From assembly GCA_039096225.1 (NCBI GenBank), contig JBBPEB010000034.1, positions 1,116,001 through 1,180,000 on the forward strand: a stretch of DNA of 64,000 bases, written 5' to 3'. The position numbers and the translations under genes were made by a program. Shown here one piece after another: positions 28,074 through 40,056 of the stretch; the stretch's first letter is position 1; every line of letters begins with the position of its first letter. This DNA is from Blastocystis sp. Blastoise (lineage: Eukaryota > Protista > Bigyra: Opalinata). Below the pieces are notes generated by a model. The model made no database searches. It had not been told where the DNA came from and saw only the letters and a list, made by a program, of their open reading frames with translations.

Positions 28074-29664
28074 ATGTCAATGATTGAAGTTGTAAGCGAT
28101 CCTCCAGACATTCATTCTACAACAGCATTTTATTCTTTTGAGTGTTCAAAAAAAGATGTTGGGTCTTATCTTAAGCTGTTGTCAAGTAAATTGAAGATAT
28201 CAGATGAGGTATTCATTTATATTTATATGTATCTATTTAATTATTTCTATAGTATCATCATTTAAAGCGAGTGAAAAATAATGGTGAGATGTTACAAGTA
28301 CTATTATCTCCTGTGAATGATTATAGAAATGACTTTTCTAGTTTTAATATTTCTTCTGATCAATTACTTGTAGTGAACGTATTTATTTATTTATTTATTT
28401 ATGTTATGTTATTTATTTCTTTATTTCTTTATTTCTTTCTTTCTTTCTTTATTTGTTTATTTCTTTATTTATTTTTCTCTTATATAAATATATTAATTAT
28501 TATATAAATATATAGTGATTAATATAATTTATGATATATAACATGTATTTTATTGATTCTTATATTAAATGGAAATGATATATATCTATAGGTACCAACT
28601 TATCCAGCGACAACAAGAGTTGATTTTGAATATTGTCGTAATGTCTGGCCATGCAGTTATTTCCCTCCATCTCCTCAATTATCTATAACAGAAGAAGACG
28701 TTTATTATTATGAAGAAATTATGAAAATGTGTCTGAAAGAGGCTGAGATTGGTGGTCAAGAAGGGAATTTAGGAATTGCTGGAGCTGTTATAGATACCCG
28801 TGGGAAATTGATATATATAGGTCATGATAAACGCCATAAGAATTGTATAAAACATTTATGTTTATCAATGATTGATGATATATGCAAAGAACGTATGAGA
28901 TTAAGAAATAGAGATTCATTATATATTCAAGGAAAACATTCAGAGTTTAAGGCTTCTTTTAGTAATAATAAAGATAATAAAGATAATAATAAAGATAAAG
29001 ATAATAAAGATTATAATAAAGATAATAATAAAGATAAAGATAATAATAATAAAGATAATAATAAAGATAATAATAAAGATAATAATAATAAAGATAATAA
29101 ATTCACCTTGAAAAGGCCTCTTATAATTGAAGAGGAAGATTTCAGTATATATATATACTTCTCCTTTTTATATCTTTTATTATTTTATTTCATTTCTATA
29201 TAATTAAAATACAATCAGATTTATAGCTATATATATATATATATTTATATAGATGAAGATACTTATTTATTAACTGGAATGACAGTTATTTTAACAAAAG
29301 AACCTTGTGCTATGTGTAGTATGGCATTATTACATAGTCGAATTTCTATGTGTATATATGGAGATCAAGATTGTGATTATGGAGGGATTGGAGGGAGGAA
29401 TAGTATTCATAATCAAAAGAACACAAATCATAAATTTAGAGTAATTAAGATATATAAATGATATTAATTATATATAAATGATTTAATTATATAAATTATA
29501 TTAATTATATATAAATTATATTAATTATAAATTATATTAATTATATATACATGATATTCGTTATTCTCTCTTTATATATATAGGTATTTCATGGTCTTTT
29601 AGAAAATGAGTGTCATTTTCTTTGGGAAAAGTATAAATCAAATAATACATGGAATTTACCATAA
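28074..29664 (+). CDS. ADAT3: tRNA-specific adenosine-34 deaminase regulatory subunit ADAT3/Tad3
   Basis: Motifs HLKRVK, VPTYPATT...VWPCSYF, a pseudo-catalytic H-L-C in place of H-x-E, YLLTGMTVILTKEPCAMCSMALLHSRI and NHKFRVF. Five exons; N/K/D low-complexity insert. Confidence 0.92.
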
Positions 29665-30077
29665 TTATTATAGAACTACGTGAAATATATATTTTATTGT
29701 TTTGTTAAGAAAATAATATTCTATGAAAACATGTCTATAAACTATTATATATATATATTGATTTATTAATATAATACTAAATGTAGTCGATGAAACATAA
29801 TCAGAACTTTTTGATTATTTATGTGTCTGATATAAGTATAGTCTAGTATATTTAAACACTTTATCTATTTGAAAAAGATTCTTTGAATTGTCAATAATCA
29901 AATGACCATACTAAAAATAATATGCGTTTTTTACATGAATAATACAAAGAAGACATATATGCAATTGTAACAATGATTCGGTTATGATATAACAGATAAA
30001 AGAAGATATGTATGTATAAAAAATGATAATAAAATGTATTCAGAAAACAATAATATGTGTTCTGATTATTCTATGCT

Positions 30078-31393
30078 TTAATTATCTCTTGAATTGACAA
30101 GTAAGGACAGTATATATACAAAGAGATTGATGATATCAAGATATCTATATATAAGAGTAATAAATAAATTAATATTATGAATATGAATATAAATATAAAT
30201 AAGAGTATAAATATGAGTAAAAATAAGAATATGAATATAAATAATAAGAATATAAATATATACATATTGAGAGCAGCAATGACATAATCATCAATTGTAA
30301 ATGAATATTTATGACTACCACCAATAACTAATTATATATATTTCATATATATTAAAATAAAACTATATAATAAGTATATATATAAGAGACTTACTTGAGT
30401 ATCATAAACGAGATATAAACAGAAGATTATAACCTATAAAATGAATGATTTTTAATTAATTCTTAATAAATGATATATATATATTTAAATTATAAAAGGA
30501 TAATAAAAAAATGAATAAAATTATAATAATAATAAATACATAAGTAAAAATAATAAATATAAAACATACAGCTATTGCACAATAGAGTGTATACATCCAG
30601 TTATTAAACCAAAACATAAATAATCCTGATAAGCAAAGACCAAGAAGAGCAGCAAATAAATAAGGTCCAAATCCAGTAAAGTCTGTTTTAGTAACAAATG
30701 CATAAATCGTTAATCCGATGACTACACCAAAAGTAATAAGAACTGCACTTAAAACAATCTTAGATTCAACCATACCACAAACAGAAGATAGTAAACAAGC
30801 TTCAATAATTGTCTATAAAAATACATAATTAGATGCAATCTTTATGACAAAACAATTTTCTCATAAAATAAATGTATGAATTAAGAAGCACTTACATAAA
30901 CAAATAAGCCAATATAGTTATAAGGAACCTTATGTAGAACTATAACAAGAATTAAAGTAATTAATCATTGTAATCAAATACCTGAGTAGCAACACATCAT
31001 ACCAAGGGAATAAGCAATACTGACAGCAAGACTTGCAAAAAATATGATGAAATAGTATTGTGTAAAGAAGACTCGCAAACTTTCCACATAAGTTGTAAGT
31101 AAAATGAGTCCAAATGTAATAAGTAATTGAACAGAGAGAATACCGTAGACCTTCTCTAAAAAATAAATTAATAAAAATAGTTGCAGCAAACAAGAATCAT
31201 AAATGTGAAAGATAATAGTAGTTTATACTGATAAAACCTAGTCTTGTTTCTCGATTACAGTTAGCCACATAAGCATCAAAAGCAGATTGCTTTTCAACAT
31301 CATTTCTAATAAAGTTAGAAGTAATTTGAAAGTATACTTACTATGAAAAGATTAATGAAAATATTGAAAAATATATACCTGATTGTACATCAT
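30078..31393 (-). CDS. Lifeguard / TMBIM (Bax inhibitor-1 family) membrane protein; 5' end uncertain
   Basis: Motifs RLGFIKKVYGILSVQL, KVPYNY, YAFVTKTDFTGFG and YDTQxxIGGSHKYSFTIDDYVIAALNIYLDIINLF. Best start is ATG AT|gtacaa...tattag|A AAT GAT GTT GAA AAG (MINDVEKQ). Confidence 0.88.
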
Positions 31394-32351
31394 GATAAAC
31401 TATTAAAAATAAAACACTATATATTTTTATTAATATGAGAACATCAAGATAAATAAATCCTCAACACGACCTTTATAAAAAAAGAACAACAAAGAAACTG
31501 GATATAGAAAAGTATCAGGTTGAAAAGGAATTCGATTAGTGTTTTGTAGAATTTCGGAAAGAAAAAAAATATGTTTTTGGAGATATTTGTTGTTGCTGAC
31601 TTATTTGAAAGGCATAATTGAGTGTATTATACATAAATTAGAAGGTGAAGTTAGATAGACAAAGTATTATGATGAGATTTATAGAGTTGTTTTTTAATTC
31701 CATTTTTTTTATGCTCCTCATGTTCTCAATGTAACTGATTTGTCAGAATATTTGATAGGAGTTGTTTGTTCTAAATGTGTTGTATGTAAAACGAACAATG
31801 TCATTCACTAATCGTTATGAATGAAATAAAACTTGATATGAACTCATTCACAAATCAATAAATAAAAAAATATGTATACGGTTACAATCAGCGAATACAA
31901 TATGACAAAAAATAGTTAAAAAGTTTTGTTATGAAGAATTAGTATTAAAAAAATAATGTATTATTAATATAAATAATGTGATATAAGTATGGAACATAAA
32001 TTGATATGACTTCTTAATAAAAGAAAATAAAATTGGTAATTTAATGATCTTCTATAAAATGATTTTTGGTCATTATTTGTTATAAATTGCAGGATTAGCA
32101 AATCTGAAATAGTTAAAGTATTTGCTCTATGCTTTAAACGATATAAAAATAATGAAAAGTTGGTTTGTTTAATAATAGTGTTTTTTACATAAAAATAGTT
32201 AATTTTTTATAAATATTCGTGATTAGATTTTGAAGAAAAAAAATAGAAAAGAATCAAATTTTTATTTGAGTATTTGCAGTTGTTACTTTATAGGTGACAA
32301 TTTAGAAAGAATATTCTTGTTTGTAATTGCTTATTTAAAATATAATTTGAG

Positions 32352-34050
32352 ATGGAGTCAAATTCTCAACCAAAAAGTAATTGCCCCTCTTCTGTTTAGT
32401 TTTTATTTAATGCTTATATTTATTTAGACAATGATACAAAGGATGAGGGAGCAAGTCCTGATGTAAAAAGAGATACTAGTAGAAGTAGAAGTTCCAAACA
32501 CCATGATTCTTCTGTTTCAAGATCAAGATCTGGTTCTAGATCTTATTCACGTCATTCATCTAAATCAAGATCTAGATCTACATCTCGTTCTCGATCTATA
32601 TCTAGATCTAACTCTAAAAATGTTTCACATTCAAGAAGAGTTTCTAATTATTCTCATTCAAGAACTCGTTCGAATTCTCGTTCCGGTTCTCATGGAAAAA
32701 ATTATTCAAAAGATCCTAATAGTAATAATACAACTATTTATGTGAAGAATTTATCAATGAATATAGTTATTTGTTATATATATATGTTATTAAAATTATA
32801 TTAATTATATAGATGTTTTATAGAATTATATTTAATTATATATATATATATATATATACTTATAGGAATATAAAGAGTAATCATTTGGCAGAGATCTTCA
32901 AAGTATTTGGTGAAGTGAATAAAGTCGTTTTAGAAACCACTTCCACGGGGAGATATGGAAGAACAGCCACAGTGATGATGAAAACCGCGGAAGGAGCCAA
33001 GAATGCTGTTGATTATATGTCAGGAGGCCAAATTGATGGTATATATATATAATTAAATGATTTATTAGAATTTCAGAGTATTGTATATATATATATATAT
33101 ATTTCTATATAGGAAAGAAGATTATTGTTCGTTATTCTAATTATTCGGATGGTGCATCTACTAGGAAATATTCCTGTATATATATAATATATATACTATT
33201 ATATATATACTATAATATATATAATATTATAAATATAATATAATAGTATATACTATAATATATATAATATATATAATATATATAATATATATAATATATA
33301 TAATATATATAATATATATAATATATATAATATATATACTATCATGTGTATATACGTTTAGTCTATGGTTCTTCTTCTTCTGTTATGAATAAAGGATATA
33401 TGCGTCCAACATCCAGACACTCGAATAGGTATATATTAAGAAACATAGAAATATATATAGTTTTATTATAATATATTATTAGGATAACTTGATATGATTA
33501 TTATTAATTATGTTATTATATATAATGATCACTTGATATGATTATTGTTATTCCTCTCTATAGATCAACTTCACGTTCTCGTTCCATCCATCGTCGCCCT
33601 ATAAATCGTAGTCGTTATTCACCTAGACGTTCCTATTCCCGTGGTTATTCTCGATCTTATAGTCCTCGTGATTCTCGCACTCGTAGACGTTACTCTCGTT
33701 CTGTTTCTCGTTCTCCTATTCGTAATCGTCGTTATTATAATAGTAGATCTGTTTCCCGAAGTGATTCCAGACATAGATCCTATTCTAGAAGTAACTCTAG
33801 AAGTAACTCTAAGAGTTATTCTAGAAGTAATTCTAAGAGTTATTCTAGAAGTAATTCTAAGAGTTATTCTAGAAGTAACTCTAAGAGTTATTCTAGAAGT
33901 AATTCTAAGAGTATTTCTAGAAGTAATTCTAAGAGTATTTCTAGAAGTAATTCTAAACATAATTCTAGAAGTAATTCTAAGCATTATTCTAGAAGTAACT
34001 CTAGTAGTTATTCAAAGTCTCATTCAAGAACTACATCAAGATCTTCTTAA
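32352..34050 (+). CDS. RNPS1/SR45-like SR-related splicing factor (RS - RRM - RS)
   Basis: N-terminal S/R tract, RRM TIYVKNLSMNIKSNHLAEIFKVFGEV...AKNAVDYMSGGQIDGKKIIV (resembles RNPS1/SR45 HLxEIF and MDGGQIDG), C-terminal RS domain. Confidence 0.85.
33781..34010 (+). repeat. Coding 24-bp tandem repeat encoding (SRSNSKSY/SI), about 8-9 copies
   Basis: Units of tctagaagtaa(c/t)tctaagagt(t)att are visible. Confidence 0.9.
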
Positions 34051-34123
34051 ATTATTGTTATAAATATTTGTTAATACGCTAAAAACTATTTGAAATACTA
34101 TTTACTATTGTCTAATTCTTCAT

Positions 34124-34156
<33 letters not shown>

Positions 34157-34351
34157 TTTTATAGTTATGGTTCTATATTTGTATCTGTTATATAAATATT
34201 TATTTAGTATTTCTCTGTTTTTTAATGATATAAATAAACAACGAAAAAAATAAGAATAAAACAAATAATATAGAACAAGAAAATACTGTAAACACATGTA
34301 TACTTATAATAGAGAAAATAGAGAATAAAAGATATATAATGATTATATAAA

Positions 34352-34761
34352 CTACTGTTTTTTATCATATATATCTTCTTCTTTCAAATTATCACATTTG
34401 GGATCATTGATAAACTTATTGATATCACCATCTTTATGTAATTTATTTAAACAAGGCTATATAATCAAATAACATTTAGTTTGATATTATAAATAATGTA
34501 ACCGTAACATATTAATATAAAACGAGCAAAAAATACATACAAGAACACATTGTTGATACAACTGAAACTCTTTTTGGCATCCAAGCTCTTTGCTTTTGCC
34601 TGTAATATATTCGTTCTCATACCTATATAAATCTAAATCTTAATATTTGAAAGAAATACCATCCAACAAAACATTCTTCATATTGTTTACGCAATTCTTC
34701 ACACTCTTCGCATTCTATATGATTAGAGAGTGCTTCTTGAAGATAATATACCGTTCTGCAT
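34352..34761 (-). CDS. MDM35: Mdm35/TRIAP1 twin-CX9C intermembrane-space protein (83 aa, 4 exons; absent from ORF track)
   Basis: Spliced sequence MQNECEECEELRKQYEECFVGWYENEYITGKSKELGCQKEFQLYQQCVLPCLNKLHK...KKQ*. Two CX9C motifs plus the YxxCFxxWYxxxYxxG and FxxYQQCV signatures; two 37-nt GT-AG introns. Confidence 0.88.
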
Positions 34762-35172
34762 GATATAATGGCTCAATAAAAAAAAAAAAAGATTTTTCGA
34801 GAATTCTGTTTTTTTATGTTTTTTTAATTACTTGTAATAGAATGAAATAAAAATTATTCTAAAATAAATATTAGAATCCTAATAATCATTATTATAGATT
34901 TATAGAGAAACTAAAAGAAAAATGAATGAAGGTTTTTATTTTTGTTTAATTTATCGAAAAATTTTTATATTAAAATATGTGATATATTTATAAAACAATG
35001 TAAAAATTATATATAAAAGTATACTTTTGGAAAATATGAATATAATTACAATAATTAATTTTTATTGGATCAAAACAAGAATAAATAGTAGAAAATATTA
35101 TTCTATATTTTGTTTAGAAGCTATAAAAAAACATCATAAATAATAATACACGATTTAAAATCGTGATTGTAA

Positions 35173-37006
35173 TTAATTTCTAGTTGATATGCTATTATGA
35201 ATATCAAGAATCATCTTTGCTTTTTCAATATGTAGATTTTCGATTAGTTTTCCATCGACGACAACGACACCCCTAAATAAATAAATAAAATGTAAATAGG
35301 AATATAAATAAGGAAATAATAAAAAAAAAATGTATTTCAAATAATACATACTTTCCCTCTTTATTTGCTTGTTCAAAAGCATCAATAATCTTACGAGAAT
35401 GATCCACTTGTTCAGGTGTAGGTGTGAATACTTTATTACAAGCCTCTATTATATATATATAAAATAAATGTATATAACAATATACCAATATATATATATA
35501 ATAAATGTATATAACAATATACCAATGGTTTTTGGGTGAATCAACGTTTTTCCATCAAAACCAAATGATTTACCCTATATAGTATAAAATATAGAGATTA
35601 TTAAAATATATTATAATGTGTATTCTATAATAATAATTATTATTTAAATAACAATAATTTATATTTAGGTTAAAGAATATATCATAACATGTATTCTATA
35701 ATAATAATATATATATATATATATAAAGAAATATACTTGAATACATTGTTTTTCAAATCCTTCAGAATCACTCAAATCTAAATAAACTCCATCTAATATA
35801 CCTATATATATATATATATATATTTAGGTATAGAATTAAATATTAATAAATATATATATATATATATATATACATTTTCTATAAGCTTTAGCGGCTACAA
35901 TACATTTTTGGAGGGAATAAACCATATTATAGCGGGAAGGATCATTTTCAAGGCATAAATCCTATAGAATAAATTATATATAAATAAAATATGAATATGA
36001 AAATATTTTTTTAATATATTTATTCATAAATTTAGAGTAATAATGTTATAAATAATGAGAAATATAAAAATAATAATAAATATATATTTACTTTGGAGAG
36101 ATCACTTGTGCCCATAACAATAACAGTATTTCGAGGATGAGAACAAATATTTTCAGCATTTAATATACCTCGAGGAGTCTCAATTAAACTCCAAATTCCC
36201 TAGATTATTTTAATATCAATAATAAAGAATATTCAATTTATATTTAATAAATATTTAATAAATAATAAATAATATATAATACCATTGTTTTTGGAGCACC
36301 AACTTTATCCATAATATTAACGACTTCATCAATCTATATATATATTATTCTTAATTATATTTATCATTATTCTTCTATAAACAATAATTCAATTTATAAA
36401 ACATAAATAGACAATATCATTGAAAAAAAGATACAGTATCATAGCTTTCCACTTTGGGTAAGGCGATAGCATCAGCACCACTTAATGAAGCTTCACGAAT
36501 ATCTTCTTCACCCCATTTTGTATCTAAACCATTACAACGGATAATTAATTCTCTAAATCCAAATCCACCCTCTTTTACTTTCTGACAGACAAGGTGACGA
36601 GCATCAACCTAAAAATCAAAATGATATCAATATTAATAACTAATAAATGAAGTATTCAAAAACAAATATATTTTTCATGACTTATAAAGTGTTCAAAGTC
36701 ATTCATCTATTTTAAAAAAGAGTTGAATAACATAAATAATTACCTTTTTACTTGGAGCACAAGCATCTTCTAAATCAAAAATGTAACCATCTGCATTTAA
36801 TGTCTTGCTTTTCTCAAGAGCTCTTTGATTTGATCCAGGCATATACAAAACACTTCTTCTAGGACGATATGCCACTCTATTGGCTGTAGAAAAAGATCTG
36901 AAAAGAATACTCTTTGTAATTAACGAACTAAAATAAGATTATAAATCATATGAACACTTCTGTTATTCATTGATATATACTTGGTGATTAATTGACGAGA
37001 TAACAT
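35173..37006 (-). CDS. CitE / (S)-citramalyl- or malyl-CoA lyase/thioesterase family (HpcH/HpaI aldolase fold) with a mitochondrial-type presequence
   Basis: MLSRQLITNSLITKSILFRSFST, then RPRRSVLYMPGSNQRALEK, FDLEDACAP, LPKVES, IETPRG, MGTSDL, GFDGKTLIHP and GVVVVDGKLIENLH. Ten GT-AG exons. Confidence 0.92.
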
Positions 37007-37133
37007 TGTAATAAACGAATGAAAAAGTTTTTTATAAGGAGTTTATTATTAAAAGTGGAATAAAAATGATGTTTCTCCATTTTGTCGAAAACAATAATGA
37101 TTTCAAAAAAATAAATAGATTTTAAATTAATAA

Positions 37134-37245
37134 TCGTCAGCAAAACCTGACGCCAAAATATGGTTAAGAAAAGCCTTAATGAATAGAACACCCGGAAATC
37201 ATTAGTAAAAGGCGAATGATGTGTACGAGTGGCACTACTCGGCAT
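37134..37245 (-). ncRNA. U5: U5 spliceosomal snRNA
   Basis: Minus strand: stem ATCATT/AATGAT closes the invariant loop 1 CGCCTTTTACT, followed by the conserved TTCCG internal loop. Lower stems are CACTCG/CGGGTG, GAGTAG/CTATTC and GCC/GGC. Sm site ATATTTTGG; 3' hairpin CGTCAG-GTTTTG-CTGACG. Length ~112 nt, ends approximate. Confidence 0.93.
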
Positions 37246-37483
37246 GTCTAAATTTCATTTCTGGTTTTTGATAAAATTCATCTGGAGTAAAACATGATTA
37301 GAAGTTTAGAAAGAAATGGTTTTTTGAAAAGTGATTTTTAGGAAAGAACTGGATTTTTGGTTGAAAACCTAGAAATAACTATAAATATGGAATAGTCTAA
37401 AGAAAAACCACTTTTTAAATAAAAACGGACTTTTAATTGAAGTAAAAGTAAATATTTTTTGAGAATTGATATTGATAAGAACT

Positions 37484-39195
37484 ATGGAAAAGACTCCTGT
37501 AACTAAGCATAAAGAAACAAAGTCTGTCAAGGAAACAAAATTAGAAAGAAAAGGTTCTAAAGATTACAAGAACACTGAAGAAAAGGAAAGAAAGGAAGAT
37601 AAGAGTGTACAGAATGAGAAGGAAATAGAAAAGAAAGAAAAGAAGAATAAAAAACAGATGAAAAAGGTTCTTCAAGAAGATATCAAAAATATAAATGAAT
37701 CTATTATGAAAGAAGGTGAGAATACGTTTTACACAGTTCTTCCTCAAAAGATTAAGAAGCTTGATGAGTTTTTAAAAACAAATAAATTATTCCAACTTTC
37801 TGTGAATGATATAACAAAAGAAGTTTGCATAGATCAGAGTATTATGGCTATTCATGCTGAAGATTCTGGTAAAAAATTAAAGAAATATTATCAAGAATGT
37901 ATTGTAAATTATGATAATTGGAGAAAAACTTTTACTGCACTTGTATATATTATTTATTTATTATTTTTTTTATATATTGATTTTATTTATATATTGAAAT
38001 TTTCTTTATATATATATTGATTTTATATATATATTGAAATTTTCTTTATATATATATTGAAATTTTATTTATATATATATTGAAATTTTCTTTATATATA
38101 TATTGATTTTATTTATAGAAAGAGCAAACAGAAAATAAATCTAATAATAAAGATTCTGTATATATATATAAATATTTTTCTTCTTAATTTTATTTACTAT
38201 ATATATATATGAATGTTATTTTTCTATATATTTACCTTTCTAGACAATATCTGCTTCTCTTCCTCTTCCTCCTGTTCCTGAAAAAGATACAAATGAAGAT
38301 GAAGATCAAAAAATACCTGTATATCCTAAAGAAGCAAATATTGAAATTAATCATACTGTAAATGAATTAATTGAGTATATAAAATCTGAACTAAAAGATG
38401 GATTTCGTATGTTAGCCTCTATTAAGATGTGGATTCAATTACAAGTACCGAAAATGGAAGATGGAAATAATTTTGGAGTCGAAATACAAGTATATATATA
38501 TATATATGTATATGTATATATTGAATGAAAGATAGTATACTATTATTATGGTTCTTTTTATTATTGCTTATTAGTGTTGCTATTCTATATATAATTATTA
38601 ATATATTTTAATCATAAAGTATTATATAAAGTATATAATTTTTGTGATATTATTTTCTTGTTAATTATATATATATGTATTATTGATATCATTTTCTTGT
38701 TAATTATATATATATATTTTGATATTATTTTCAGTTAATTATATATATATGTATATAGGGTGAAGTAATTGATGCTATATCTGGAGTAGAAGATATGTGT
38801 TTGAATATATTAGAGAATATGAGTCATTATTTTGAAACTAGAGCTTCCTTTGTACAAAAGGTATATATATATTATAAATATCATAATATAAATATCATAA
38901 TATATATATATTATAAATATACATATATACTAAATTTTCTTTCATTAATAGTATCCTATATCTATATCATATTATATATATTATCAAAATATTTCTTTAG
39001 ATAACAAAATATCCTAATATTCGTGATTATCATCAATCTATTAGCGAAGTAGATCAAACAGAATATATTAATATGAAATTATCTTGTTGTGATTTAAGAA
39101 ATAATTATTGTGCTCTTTTTGATTTAATTATGAAAAACTTAGATAAATTATTAACTCCTCGTTCTTCTAACGATATTGTAGCTACTATGTATTAA
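37484..39195 (+). CDS. Proteasome activator PA28/REG (PA28gamma-like)
   Basis: FYTVLPQKIKKLDEFL, activation loop KMWIQLQVPKMEDGNNFGVEIQ, KYPNIRDY, and C-terminal DLIMKNLDKLLTPRSSN...TMY*. Confidence 0.95.
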
Positions 39196-40056
39196 AAATA
39201 CTCTTATTTATATATTGAATTATTGGAAAAAATAAAATTAATTAAAAGAAAAATATTATATTTGTCCTTGTTTTATGTAGTTTTCTATTTGTTTTTGATG
39301 TATTATATATTTTGTTCCAAATTCAATTTTCTCAAAGAAATAAAACAAAATATAGTTTAAAGTTTATTATTTGCTTATAGTATAGCTTATACAAATAATA
39401 TTTAAACTACATTAGTCTTTTTAACTTATAGTAATACCTTAAACAAAGAAAATCAACTCATTTATATATATATATTTTGAAATCCATTGTTTTATACATA
39501 TATAATGTACCACAATAACTACTTTCAATGATTCAATTTCCTAATTACATGTTTCTCATAAATAAACTATTAATATCCAAATTTAAAATAGAATTCCACG
39601 CTTGTTTACACTCAAATAGATCAGTCATAGTAATCTATACACGACTGCATTATATTAAGAGAGAAAATATGAGTTAAATAGGGAATTTTGAAGTTATAAA
39701 GAACAAAAAGTAAAATTTTCAAAAATTCAGTGTAAAAACACAGAAATCCACAAATCTAAAATGAATTGATGGGGAATGACAACACAGTTATCTTACCACA
39801 TTATTTCGTAATATTAGAATTCTCTGAAATTATTGGCTACTTTCTATTTGTGGTGGATTATTAACGAATGAATTGAAGTATTTTTAAAGAGGTTTTTAAT
39901 GGATAAGAATAAAAGAGAAAGGTCGTGTGTTCTCCTTCAATGAATGAAATATAAGTGTATTCTTGATTTCTTTTGTAGATATCAGTTTTCTTGAAGGTTT
40001 ATTAGTTTTTATTAATTCAAGTCTTCATTGTCTATCATCTCTTTACACTTATAAAC

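Noticed and set aside
36988-37245. 85-aa ORF upstream of CitE
   Set aside because: It coincides with the U5 snRNA and has no protein-like features.
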